This document shows, in pieces, positions 36,654 to 48,586 of a DNA stretch of 64,000 bases; position 1 is the stretch's first letter, and each line of letters starts with the position of its first letter. The notes beneath the pieces were generated by a model. The model worked only from the letters and a program-made list of their open reading frames with translations. It was not told the DNA's origin and made no database searches. The DNA is from Minutocellus sp. GHC0000111 (taxonomy: Eukaryota), in assembly GCA_977018835.1 (NCBI GenBank), contig OZ361257.1:2790001-2854000 (forward strand), read 5' to 3'. Position numbers and translations under genes: made by a program.

Positions 36654-38183
36654 CTATGCCTTACTCAATTTATTCCAGCCATCATGATACACATTGTCAA
36701 CATGGCAGGATATACCAGAGCAGGGACCGCGGACAAAGCGCTTGGGCATTCGATTGGCTAGAAAGGAAACAATGCGGGGACTCCACGGGAGCGAAAAGAA
36801 CAGTTTGGGCAGTCCAGGTATCCTCATCGTCCATCCGAACCAAAACAGGAGGACATCCATGTTTGCGCTAGCAGAGAGGTCAGTATAGCCCCTGGCGAAT
36901 AGCCGATTGATGTAGGGAGAAATTTTGGCGATCCGATTGTGCTTGAGCAGAAGCGGAATGTGCGGCCGGAGGAGAGGCAGATGAGGACCTACTGCGTCTA
37001 GCTGAGATACATACGTCTCTAGGTGGGGCAGCAGTTGCTCGGCCAAGTCGTAACGACTACCCTTGCTCATTTCATGCTCATCTAGTTCTGCGTATAGTAG
37101 TAATTCGTCGATGTGCTTGAGAAGGAGGCCAGTGTATGGAGCCAGCGCGTCGATGTTGTCTAAAATCCAGGGCAGGTGGGGCTCAATATCATCAAACCGG
37201 TCCAGAATCTCATCAAGGTAGGGCTCGATGGAGTGCAAATGACGGCTGTTGTTGAGAACTCTCTCGAGGATTCTGGCCACATGATCCTCGAGCTTGTCCA
37301 ACCTAGCCAAGATTGCCGGCACATGCGCAACGAGCGTGGGGGTCGCCGGGTCTGCCAAATACCGCAGTCGATCTGGGTTCTCGACTAACCCCTTGACGAT
37401 TCTCACTCCGCTCTTGCGCTGATGATCAACAAACTCCGAGACGGAATTCCAGTGCCTATTCTTTGGCCCTTCTCTTTCCTTGACGCGGTAAAGCTTCCGC
37501 ATCAGGACTTGCGTGCTGGTCGTCAAACGATTCATCGAACGGCCGAGATGCCGAAGCGTGGCCTTTGCGGGATTGTCTTCCTCGAGCAAGTCTGTTAGGA
37601 CGGCCACGGGATAAGCCGGTCGCTCCAGACACAGCATGCGCCGTTCGATGTCCTGCAATTCCATCTGCTGCCGCACAATTGATCGGCGAAGGACGCCTGC
37701 CCGTGCCCTCATGGCATCGAGATTCTCGGACGAAAGCAGAGCTTGGTGCGCCACCGTCAGTGCCTCCGCGGTCGGGTCGAGTGTTTTCCTTGCCTGACTC
37801 CGTTCTTTCTTTTGTTTGAGATACAATTTCGCCTCCCTTCGTCTTTCGTCTCTCCGCCTTGTCACTTGCGGTCGGACTGACTGACCTGGTGCCTCTTCAC
37901 TGGTACGAGTATTGTTCTCTGTGGTTGCACTGGTGCTGCCATTCTTCCCACCGCTACCATCGTCGAGGGGCACATGCAAGGCTTGTGAGTGAAGCCTCAC
38001 GCTACTCGCACGTGCAACTGTCCCGGCAGTTTTTGCAGTACTAGTAAACAAAGGAGATAGCGTTGCGCACGAACGCGCTGGGTGCGAAAGAAGGGCAGTG
38101 ACTACGAAAAAGACCGAGGAGGATGGCCGAGGCAAGTGCAATGCGATTGTTCTTAAAGCGCGATCGGCACCATCCCGGTCCAC
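36654..38183 (-). CDS. Hypothetical protein with Leu/Pro helical pseudo-repeats (IEPYLDEIL..IEPHLPWIL..LAPY)
   Basis: 509-codon ORF with a hydrophobic N-terminal stretch; start codon uncertain. Confidence 0.7.
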   Translation of the reverse strand: MDRDGADRALRTIALHLPRPSSSVFFVVTALLSHPARSCATLSPLFTSTAKTAGTVARASSVRLHSQALHVPLDDGSGGKNGSTSATTENNTRTSEEAPGQSVRPQVTRRRDERRREAKLYLKQKKERSQARKTLDPTAEALTVAHQALLSSENLDAMRARAGVLRRSIVRQQMELQDIERRMLCLERPAYPVAVLTDLLEEDNPAKATLRHLGRSMNRLTTSTQVLMRKLYRVKEREGPKNRHWNSVSEFVDHQRKSGVRIVKGLVENPDRLRYLADPATPTLVAHVPAILARLDKLEDHVARILERVLNNSRHLHSIEPYLDEILDRFDDIEPHLPWILDNIDALAPYTGLLLKHIDELLLYAELDEHEMSKGSRYDLAEQLLPHLETYVSQLDAVGPHLPLLRPHIPLLLKHNRIAKISPYINRLFARGYTDLSASANMDVLLFWFGWTMRIPGLPKLFFSLPWSPRIVSFLANRMPKRFVRGPCSGISCHVDNVYHDGWNKLSKA

Positions 38184-38544
38184 TGGCTTTACAATGCGTT
38201 TGCCGCTTTTCGGTCTCCATCAGTGCCATCGCAAAGATCTTAACTGGAGGAATATGGGGCGACAGCGTTGCCATCAATGCCATTGGGACGTTGGCCAAGC
38301 TTAACTGGAGGAGTACGAATACTGTAATGCAAATATGGCTCGTTTTGACGTTTTCGCCGTTGGTTCGTTCTATTTTGAGATGTGCGCGGCCGCGCGAGAG
38401 CGACGTGGCTTTTTCGATTTTGTAACAGGGATCGGGAGATTGGTAAATGCGACATGATATGATATGAGGGCTGATGGGGCGGACGTGCCGGACGTGGCCA
38501 TGCCTGAACATCTGAACAACCATCACTGTTGCTGCTGTAACAAT

Positions 38545-39420
38545 ATGACACGTCCCCTCCTTCTGAATGCTGCTGCCTTCGCCGCCGCGGTGTTGGCATC
38601 GCCTCTTGTTGTTCCTGTACTTGTGTCCGCTCTGGCACCAGAGATTCCGGCCGCTCATTTATCTCGAGTGTCAAGGCTTGTCTCTGAAGCTCTCGGGGAT
38701 AAAGATGTCGGTGGCGGTACCGATGCCACGATGGATTCCGCTGCTGCAGCACGATACGCCTCAGTAAGGAGTGCTGTGGCAGACTTTAATCGGGACATGC
38801 CAGTACCAGCCAATGAACTCGTCTACGGCGAACTCTCTGTGCCAACCCTTGGAAGAATCTTAGATGCGGTTGGGTTGGAAGAGCAAGAAACATTTTTGGA
38901 CGTAGGTTCTGGAGATGGCGCATGCGTTCTTGGGGCGTCCCTTCTATACAATCAAGATGATTCCCTGGTAATACCCAAATGCATTGGGGTAGAGATTGTG
39001 CCTGGATTGGTCGATAGGTCAGAGCACCATGCTGAAAACTTGGCCGACATATTACAAAGAGAGAAGGGGAGTGGCAGCAGCTTGAGGCAAGCACAAGCTC
39101 AGGTTGAGTTTTTACTTGGTGATATTCACGATAGCAGTGATCGGGTGATGTCACGAGTTCTTTCGCAAGCAACGGTTGTGGTATGCTTCGCTACAACATG
39201 GTGTGCGAGCAATACAGAAACAGGCGACAAAACGTCCTTGCAAGGTCGAAGATTACCTAACCTCTCTCAGGCTCTATCGGCGTTGAAGAGAGGAGCCAGG
39301 GTCGTTATAATCGATGGCAAATTGAATTCTCGTGATGGCTTTGCTTGGCAAGGAGACTTGCGCATTGTTTGCCCGGATACAGCACCCTACTCTACCGCAA
39401 CCTTGTACCATAAGCAATGA
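38545..39420 (+). CDS. Class I SAM methyltransferase (DOT1-like), probably plastid-targeted
   Basis: YGELS..LGRILD, FLDVGSGDG, IGVEIV, FLLGDI; signal peptide ending VSA-LAP (ASAFAP-like). Confidence 0.82.
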   Translation: MTRPLLLNAAAFAAAVLASPLVVPVLVSALAPEIPAAHLSRVSRLVSEALGDKDVGGGTDATMDSAAAARYASVRSAVADFNRDMPVPANELVYGELSVPTLGRILDAVGLEEQETFLDVGSGDGACVLGASLLYNQDDSLVIPKCIGVEIVPGLVDRSEHHAENLADILQREKGSGSSLRQAQAQVEFLLGDIHDSSDRVMSRVLSQATVVVCFATTWCASNTETGDKTSLQGRRLPNLSQALSALKRGARVVIIDGKLNSRDGFAWQGDLRIVCPDTAPYSTATLYHKQ

Positions 39421-39815
39421 TTATTTACTGACGGTCCACACATACAGCAATAGAGCTTCACTCATACTTTATTATCGCAGCTTTTTGGTATGTATTACAA
39501 ATCAGCAAAGAATGTCACTAGTAGGCGAACAGTAGTATATTACAAATCAGCAAAGAATGTCACTAGTAGGCAGCAAAGAATGTCACTAGTAGCGGCTTTG
39601 TAGTATATATACACATACTGCAGCAAAGTGAGTCTGCTACGTAGATCACCTACCGGTATGTAGCTACATTTAGGACATGAAAGTACGTACATTAGAACCT
39701 GTATGACAAGGATGATTGCTAAAATAAGGTCGTCACTCTTTGGTGATAAGTTACAGTCCAGTACTACATAAACTTCACATACCATGTGGCAGGCATGACC
39801 TTCAAGTCAGTTCCA

Positions 39816-40280
39816 TCACGGCTTTTCCCCGCGTCTCTTCCCTTGTCCATAAGGAGGATGCTTGTTATACAAAATTTCAATGGCTGGATAATTCACTTTC
39901 CTAATTCGTTGATCCTCGTCTGTCTCCTCGCCCGGCGTCACATCGCTGGAGGAGCATTGGTCCGGCGTGAAGCACATTGCTGAACACACCGAGAGAAGGA
40001 CTGAGTTGTCGCCCAATTCTCCACACGCAATCTCACTCCAAAATGAAGAATTTCGTCGGTGATAGTTGTGGCGTGGTCTGCTTCGCCCTCCTAGCTTCTT
40101 GGTATTGGTGTCGCCCTCTACAAAAGTGCGGGCGTCGTCGTCGTCGTCGTCGTCATTGTCGTCAATGGTGAGCGAATCTCCACAGAATACATGTATGGTC
40201 GATGGGAAGGATCGACAGGAAGACTCGTCGTAAGGGTCCTCTGGTGCCCTAAGGCGCGATTCCACGTAGTCTTTCCACAT
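39816..40280 (-). CDS. Hypothetical acidic protein (copy of 6791-7270)
   Basis: 154-aa ORF with a shorter Asp tract. Confidence 0.4.
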   Translation of the reverse strand: MWKDYVESRLRAPEDPYDESSCRSFPSTIHVFCGDSLTIDDNDDDDDDDARTFVEGDTNTKKLGGRSRPRHNYHRRNSSFWSEIACGELGDNSVLLSVCSAMCFTPDQCSSSDVTPGEETDEDQRIRKVNYPAIEILYNKHPPYGQGKRRGEKP

Positions 40281-40679
40281 TGAGACTCAACTGTCACACG
40301 CAACAAGTAGACGGGATTCTTGTTTATTGCTACGTACTAGTAGCTTTTGATCGGATGTAGCCGAAACAGTGGAGCACTTCGCGTGTTGCTCGCAATCAAT
40401 TAATTTGCTGAGGAAATGATCACTGAGCAGAGAGTGAAAATGGATAGCCAAATAGCACGTGCGTGTGAGGCCACTTGCTGGTCATTGTGCTAACCTTCCA
40501 GGAGCTACTCCTAGCTACGTAGCTAGATACGAGAGTATGCAAGCTGCGCCATTGGCGGCTTTCGACTATGAAAGATCAAAGCACAAGATTCACTCGATTC
40601 ATCAAAGATGCGCGCAAGCACCGAGCGCATCTTTGAAAAATGGCCCAACAACCAGGAGATTGGTAGAAACCTCTGAAAT

Positions 40680-40791
40680 GAATGACGAATCGAATGAATC
40701 GAATCGAATGAATCGAATCGAATCGAATGAATCGAATCGAATGAATCGAATCGAATGAATCGAATGAATCATCGAATGAATCGAATCGAAT
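40680..40791. repeat. (GAATC/GAAT)n microsatellite, second copy
   Basis: Seen directly. Confidence 0.92.
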
Positions 40792-41389
40792 AACATCTGG
40801 AAAGCAGCCACAGCCCCATCTCGTCTTGTTTCGCCGGTCGGATGAAGCGTTTTTCGGCAGAAGACGAACACGTCACGAAGAAACCCACCAAAACCCAATC
40901 TCGTTCGTCACCCATTCTTTGACCGTCCAACACCATGGTGGTCCGTCGGCGTTGCGCCGGCGTGTAACCATGTTTTCGCACCAAACACGCATTCATTGTC
41001 ATGTTTGGACACAGTTGAAGCTCACTGCATCCTCAGATTGGCCTCCGCTGCGTGTCAACGCCACGAGCCATCGGCCTGCTTTTCCTCCATCTGTCGGCCG
41101 TTCGTTTCTCTGGGGTGGTGCCATTGCTCTCCGTCTTTGTGCTCGTCGTGCTCCCGTTGTGATGCCCCAGACCCTCTGGCACTTTCCCACGTTGTTGTTG
41201 ATGACAAACTGCCGGGATTGCGCCGCACCCCCCGCATGGCCGACTCTCGCTGATCCCGACCGATGATCGCATCCCCACTCGACCTCCCGGATTTGTTGCG
41301 CCCGAGGAGAGACAGACAGTGTTGGGATAAGTTCATGCAACAATCAACCCGACAAAGGGACTTTTTGGTCTGGGAGACAAATGGGTGAG

Positions 41390-42018
41390 TTAAGAAGGAC
41401 GTGATGTGTTTGTTTGGGTGTGCTGTTTGCTTTTTTGCTCAATCGCGATGCTGTCCCCCCGCCTCTCCTCGACCTTTGGATTGGATGCCCTCTCCTCAGC
41501 CTTGAACTGCGCCGTCTGTTGGGCCTCATGTCCCTTGACGCCCTGAGTCCGACGATCTTCCTTAACGCCCTCTTGGTGGGCTCGCTCCACAAACGATTCG
41601 TCGAGCCAACAGATGCCGCCCCATCCATTCTTCACTCTAGCCAAATGTGTTGGTCCAAGATGTGATCTTCGAGCAAGTGCCACTTGGGCGTCATGCCAAT
41701 GCCGATTGCCCGTGCTTGCTTGAGGGCACTTGCAATCAATGCTTCAAGCTCTCTCACAGCCTTCTTTGCCTCATCATCCCATTTCATGCACCATTTCAGA
41801 AACCTGGAACATGTTGCGTCAAGAGTGTGGAGCAAATTAGAGCAAGCTTTGCAGAGCTCTTTGATGTCGTCATCCGTCATGCCATCTTCCTCGCGATTGT
41901 GCTCTAGGAGAGTTCCTTTGGTGGAGGTGTTGTGGTGGATGAACTCTGTTGTCCTTGGTTTCTTCTTGTTGTTGCCATCATCAGAAACATTAACAACAGA
42001 CAAAGCTCTCCCCAGCAC
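41390..42018 (-). mobile_element. Decayed Transib/Chapaev-like transposase fragment, second copy
   Basis: Same translation as 8404-9032. Confidence 0.55.
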
Positions 42019-43503
42019 TCTGCCAGCACTGCCCTTGTTTCACCTGAGTCGGCCGCCTCAATGCCGGCCTTTTTCAGGAAATGGAAGTGAGGGGCATCGT
42101 CATCCTCGGCATCATCGACAGCTCCCATCTCTGGCTCGCCATCACCGTGCTTCTGACGACTCTTCTCAAAGCACTGCTGCATGCATGCGCTTCATGTGCA
42201 GCGTCCTCTCTTGCAACATCAGCTTCGTCCTCACAACAGGGCACACAGTCCTCGTCTTCGTCGTCATCGTCCTCACTGATCTCGCCGGCCTCCGTCGTGG
42301 TCAGGGTGCCCACCGTCCCAACATCGTCGTCGTCATTGTCCCACCCATCGCCCTGCCTGGCCATCACACCCACCAGGGAACTTCTGGGCCTCGAGCAACA
42401 TCTGCCTGTTGACTTCGTAGTCCATCGCCGCATGTCCCACCGACACATGTGGTGCGACCGACTTGAGGAATGCATCACATGCCTTCGTCAAATTGAGCCG
42501 CGGCGGCGGCATTTCGAGGCGAAATTGTTGCTCGACCGTGACCACGTCGAAAGCCACATCCATCCATCATCATCATGGAGAGCGTCGGCTGCACGAGGAT
42601 TGACAGAACCGAGGCGAACAAATGTGCTCTTTTTGTGTGGGGTTCGCTGAACGTCGTCGGCAAGGCAGTGTCTTGACACCATTTCATCCCATCCATTCTG
42701 GTTGTCTGTCCTCACAAAAAACACGTCGCAGTGTGTCTTCGTCGTCGTGTGTTTCTTCTTCTTCAAACCCAAGATGCCCGCAGTGTGCACGACGGCGCCG
42801 CACATGATGGGACTGCATCCCAACACATTCATCAAGGAGTCGTTGTTGTTGCCGATGAAATTGTAGCAATGAAGTTCCTTTCTGCGAAGACGGACGAGTG
42901 GTTCAGCCAGGCAGGGCGTCCTGCACCGCAACTCTGTCTGCGGTGTTGACCGCGGGATTGCGGCCGTTGTTTTTTTGCTCATGGAGAGTTGTGGATCGAG
43001 ACCAACGGGAACATCACCAGGATGTCGGGAGCACCTGGTTGGTCTCGTGCCGTAACTCTCCCACACCAGCGCGAGATGTCGCCTTCGTTCTGCACGCAGC
43101 GGCGGCAATTTGAATTTTTGCCGCCATGGTGGCTCGCGTTGGGCGCGCCGGTCGGTTGCTTCGCGCGCCGGCCGGCCACCGAAAGTGCGACCAAAAGTAT
43201 GCGAGTCATCCGGCTGGCAGATGGTGCTGTGCTGACGCTGCTGCTGCAGCTGCTATCACAGGAATTCCTAGCTAGCAGCTGCGTGCCTAGGCCTAGGTGC
43301 CTACGAGGTCCGGGACAGCAATTTCGGGGACCCGGTTTTTTGGGTCTTTGGACTTTCCGACACGGCGGTTTGCGCGCACCTTGAAAAACACGCGGCAAAG
43401 CAAGCAAATCAAAACACATCCGTCAACAACCGACCTCCAAGCAATTACCACAAATAGACTGGGCAACTTCTGCCGACTGGCGCTTCAAGAAGCTTCCATA
43501 CTC

Positions 43504-44640
43504 ATGGATACTCCAAAGGGACACATCTTCAGTCCACCGCGTCCACCGAAACGCGCCGAGGCGACTGCATTCAGCCCCTCGCGCCATGAGAAGGAAACTT
43601 CCAACGAAACGCCGGAACATCCGCGGTATCGAGAGAACAAGGACAACGATGACGAGGAGGACAACCAAGGGGTCCCACCGGCATCGTCAGACCTCACATC
43701 TCCTCGTGTGTTGAAATATCGACGCGAGTACAACGAAGAGGATGGCTTCGCCGCCGAACAAGCCCAAGCAAGGAAGTACTTGCATCATGACATATTGCGT
43801 GCCGACTTTCGCGGTACCGCTACCGTTTCATCTCATTCTGATGAAGATGATTCATTCTCAGAGATGAGCATAGCAACCGCCGACGCAAAGCCAAGCGGCG
43901 AGACGAGAAAGCCCGTGAGCTCATTCGACCTTCCCTCCGCCACGCCCATGGTAACAAGTCCAATGTCAGTTCATACTCAGTATGCTCTTACCCCAAGCCG
44001 CTCATGCCCGTCGTTCAGCAACCTTCAATTGTCATCCCCTACCATCTTGGAGCCCTTGCCTCCAACCGAACCAACCGAACGACAGATTGAACGAGAGGTT
44101 GAGGAACATCGGAGGCTTGCGTGCTTTTTGACGTACGGAGAAGCACCACTACCACAAGATATAAAGAACTACAAGTCACCCACATGTAGTCAGAGGCCCG
44201 AACCAAGAAGAAAAGAGAAAGGGGTCTACCTCCCCTTCAAACAAGTTCCTGGTTGGGGTAGCGAGGTCGCGGTCACCACAATGCTAGGCATGATCGAAGT
44301 CGATCGCCAAGTAAGAGAGGGTCGTGGTGCCTACCCGAAAGGGTGGAGAAGCAGAGAACTCGGATTGTATGATAACAAGACAATAGAATTCTCTATTGCA
44401 TTATCTACTGACAAGATTGCATTAGATGCATATAAGTTGGGATATGAGGATGGGAGTAAACAACCAACTGCTCACCCTGCCCTCACTGACAATAAACTTG
44501 CCGATGCATATGGTGTGAAGCGCGGAAAGATTCGTCAGTCCCTCCACGCTGTGTGGCTTTCTAATGATCATAAGAAGGCCAAGGAGGCAAAAAAGAATAC
44601 CGGTAGAAATAGAAGAACAAAGAAGCCCACCGTGATATAA
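43504..44640 (+). CDS. Unknown 378-aa protein next to the mariner transposase (only intact copy)
   Basis: ATG at 43504; S/P/acidic disordered N-half, globular-looking C-half and a basic NLS-like tail. Confidence 0.6.
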   Translation: MDTPKGHIFSPPRPPKRAEATAFSPSRHEKETSNETPEHPRYRENKDNDDEEDNQGVPPASSDLTSPRVLKYRREYNEEDGFAAEQAQARKYLHHDILRADFRGTATVSSHSDEDDSFSEMSIATADAKPSGETRKPVSSFDLPSATPMVTSPMSVHTQYALTPSRSCPSFSNLQLSSPTILEPLPPTEPTERQIEREVEEHRRLACFLTYGEAPLPQDIKNYKSPTCSQRPEPRRKEKGVYLPFKQVPGWGSEVAVTTMLGMIEVDRQVREGRGAYPKGWRSRELGLYDNKTIEFSIALSTDKIALDAYKLGYEDGSKQPTAHPALTDNKLADAYGVKRGKIRQSLHAVWLSNDHKKAKEAKKNTGRNRRTKKPTVI

Positions 44641-44735
44641 ACAAACCAATGCTGCTGCATCTTACATGTAGATCTATAAATAATTTGTAGACGTGTAACA
44701 TTTATTTAATACATGTGTAAAGACATTAACACTAT

Positions 44736-46340
44736 CTATTTATTAGAAGGATGACGAGCTGAGGGCTCCATCCCCTTGGCCGTTTCGTTGAAGTCGATCC
44801 TAATTCCAGTGTGCAAGTTTTCGTCACCCAACCTTCCAACAAACTCATTGCTACCACCGGCCTTAATCACCAGGCCCATTATCCTCCAGTACTGAATGAA
44901 GGCCGAAGCAATTTTGCAGTTAGGCATGCTATCGTAAACGTCCTCGGCAGTGTCCCAGATCTGGTAGGAAGAAATGACGGAGGTGCCTACCATTTTTCGT
45001 GCCCATTCCGAGTGCCGCCGGCTCATCGCGGGGAACACGCTCAAGTCAAGGACGTTGGCGTGAGGCATCTGCGGTGCCTGTGGCTGCCACGTCCAGCCTT
45101 GCTCAGCACAGAAGTTAGTAACAAATTGCGTGAAGGTTCCGTCCTCGTGAGGCCCGGCCTGGTCGCCCTGGACAATAACATGGCAATCTTCGCATTGCTT
45201 GCCCGGACCGACAAGGTTGAGAATCGCTGGGAAAATAGTCTCCTTGAATACGAGGAGCAAAGAGCATTTCGGATCCTTTTTGGTGCCTTCGTTCGATCCA
45301 GTAACGCAACAATCAACAAGAAACGACTCTCCTTTCCGGCGAAGAGGTTCCTTTGGTGTCCCATCGGGGTTGGCATTTGGGCACCGCATTGAACCATCAG
45401 GCTGTGATGCTGCTTCGTGCTGAGCTCGCTCCGCTATTTTAGGAGCTTGAGCTCGTACCAGTGGCAGTTTTACAACCTCGCACCCACTCTCAAGAGAACC
45501 GTCAAAGACAGCGGCAACAAATGCAATGGCCATGACCTTGTTGATGTGGCTCCTGTGAAAGGCCGCGTAATCTCTCGCTTTTTCACGCCGATTTCCTCGC
45601 AAGCCTTCGCAAAAGCTCGGAGGACGAGACCCCAGAACCATTTCTCATCGCAATGCACGAGGAGAACTCGCTTCTTTCCATTCGGTAAATTGCCGTTCTC
45701 ATCCCGAATGTTCCAGAAATTCCGCACGAGCTGAGCAAAGGCCAGATGCTTAGCTTTTTGAGCCTCCGACAGGCGCGGCACCAGCCGCTCCTTGTAGAAA
45801 GTGAAGGTGTCGAATGACTTGAGCCACCGCTCAATCGTCTTGTGCGAGCACCACAGACCAATGTCCTGCTCCAAACCACGGAACGATCGCTGAGGATTGC
45901 TGGAAAGGGCCGCAACAATGTCGTTCTGTGTGTGCGGCTGCCTTGCCAAGCAAGTGCTGCTCCCGCCTCTTCAGCTCCCACAGCTGCTTGTCATCGTCGC
46001 TGATGGTGTCGTACTCGGTCAGGTACGTTTTGAGCAACTCATTGTCAGCCTCCTTCGATACAGAATCATAGCAGTCTTCCTTTGCCTCTCTGCACTCATT
46101 GATTGCATGCAGGCGCTTAGCAGTGAAGTGCTGCTCAGCCGTCTTGTAATTGTCAATGGTAGACTTTGGCCGAACCGACGAATCCTTGGGAGCGGGGGTG
46201 ACAAATGCAAGCTCGGCCTGATCTGCTGGTATGCCCCGGGCAATGGCATTCTTCCGAGACTCGTTCTGGATGTCTCGCAGCCCATTCTTACCCTTCCTTC
46301 CCCCACGCTCTGCAGAGCTCACGAGCAGTGACCCTCCCAT
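44736..46340 (-). pseudogene. Frameshifted Tc1/mariner DD38D transposase, second copy
   Basis: Same translation as 11747-13351. Confidence 0.88.
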
Positions 46341-46877
46341 CCGACTGAAACTTCTGCGATGAACTGTTCCTACTTGAGTGCTGCGTCCCTCCGGTGCTCT
46401 TCAAATGCACTTCCAGAAGCAATCCCTGGGCAAAAAGCATGCTCTTGTCCTCGTCGTTCAATCCCTTCTTGCCTTTGGTTGCTCGATTCGCCTCCTTTCG
46501 AAGATGTCCCGGAGATTTTACGAGTGAAATTGGACGACGGACGGACCAAATTTTTGTTAGTGTACGTACACGGGTCAACCCCCATAGCTGCTGCGCGGAG
46601 TGGCGGCGCCATGCGCGGGCGAACATTTCTTCCGGGTTCTGTTCCGCTCCGGACTGAAACGAGCAACACGGCAAAAGGGAAAGACACATGTGCCTGGGGT
46701 CTGGACGGAGTGACGTTTCCCTGTCCTGGCTCACGGAAAAGTCCTGCTCTAGACTAGTATCGGGGTCAATGTAGTAGGTCGTCCGGGGATGCGGTACCAG
46801 CATCACTGCCTAGCTAGCAGATCACACGAAGACAAGCCAGACTCGTCTTCTTCTTCTCATGCCTGCCCGTGCGTAAA

Positions 46878-46964
46878 CATTGTACCAAAGTAATTTTATT
46901 GCTGATTACTGCTTAGAAGGATGTTGTAGACCATAATCAACAATAAAATTACTTTGGTACAATG
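46878..46964. repeat. AT-rich inverted repeat, second copy
   Basis: Identical to 13889-13975. Confidence 0.92.
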
Positions 46965-48586
46965 GTCTCGGTGCTCTTTTAGCACATGATATAGATACGG
47001 TATTAGAGTGTTTCTTTTGGTACACTATTGTTTGAAAATTTATTTTTATGTCGTAGAATGGACTTGTGCTGCTTCAAGAAAGAAAAAATACATCAAACTT
47101 TATAACGAAACAAAACCCATTTCGTTCAACGAATGGGGCCACAACATGTGTCGCCGACGTGCCTCCCATTGAGAACAATCAAGACTACGGGGCACCATAC
47201 CCTTGCAATAGCCTTTCACAACACTGTGGTGCAGCAGGAGACTTGCGATTACTTTTTTGAGCCTTGAAAAATTCGTTCGCGTTAGACCCGATTTTTTCGA
47301 CAGTTTCCGACGTTCCATCACGACCATGTTCGCCCGATGTACAGCACCACGCCGGCCATCGCATACACTCTGACCACCTAGATGCCTTCCTGAATATTAC
47401 TGGAAGGGATTTTTGGGCGATAGCGGTGCGTCGGTGCGTGCCTGTACTGCGAAATGTGGCCCAGCGCCATTACCACCCCCATTACACCACCCACCCGAAA
47501 GTTGGTCCGGATGCTTTTATGCGGTCCATGCACCACTTCCGTTGCACTGAGCCGTCGACGCTTCACCCATATATATACCAAGCGCATTTGAGTGGGGGGT
47601 GGTGGCATTTCTTGACAATTCATAGAGAAAACTATTCCCAAAGTCCCGTGTCTGATGTCGGCACCAGATTTCACCTTCATTGCTTCTGCCGCCCGAGAGG
47701 AACGAAACCGGAGAAAGCGGCCAAACCAACAAGTGAGATCGATGGATGTAATATAGAATGAGCATCGTGCGTGCTGATATTGCGTGAAGGAACAGTGGTT
47801 GAGGCTTGAAGGGGGTTGTAGTTGGGGATTCGCTACTTTCAGATGTTTTTGCTTTCCATGGTGACGGCCACAATGATACAAAGATGGGGCCCAATATCGA
47901 CCCTCTGGCGCAAACTTGCTCCCAATATTACCCAAGTGAAAGTAATGCCGGTCAGGGAGGATTGAAATGGATGTAGACAAGCATCAGCCATCATTCTTTG
48001 CCATTTTGAGGGTAAAAACATATTGAAAATTTCTGGGCATGAGGAGATGTTGCTAAAATAGCACATGATGTACGAATGAGTTTGCTTTCAAGTATGCAAT
48101 ACTCACCTAACGCATGTAGTTGGCGTATACATCGGTTGGCTTGGAGTTATTTATCGTTATACCATCATTTGGTGGCCTTCTTGTGGAGATGAATTCTCCT
48201 TGCTTTCGTCGCGTTGAGAAAGGCCATCTAGTGGGTTCATTTTTGCGCTGCATAAAGTATCGCACAAAAAAATTTCTAGTGCCTTACTATTTACGGCGAT
48301 TTTTGTCGGCGGTCTCGTGGAATCACTCAATAAAAACTTTGGTACATGTACCGGTACATGTAGTCTACATTATTGATCTTATCCTCAGATGACAATCTGG
48401 TAAACGTTTACGTAGATTCTACTGACTATACATGTAATAGAATAGAATAGAATGTACCGGTAGATCTACATGTGTACATGTGTACCGGAATAGGTACCGG
48501 TAGTCCGGGGCTCAATGAGCCCCTGCGGTAGTGATAATAAAATGCTGGTGTAATTCTGGAATTTCTAATTCTTACTTGTATTCTTC

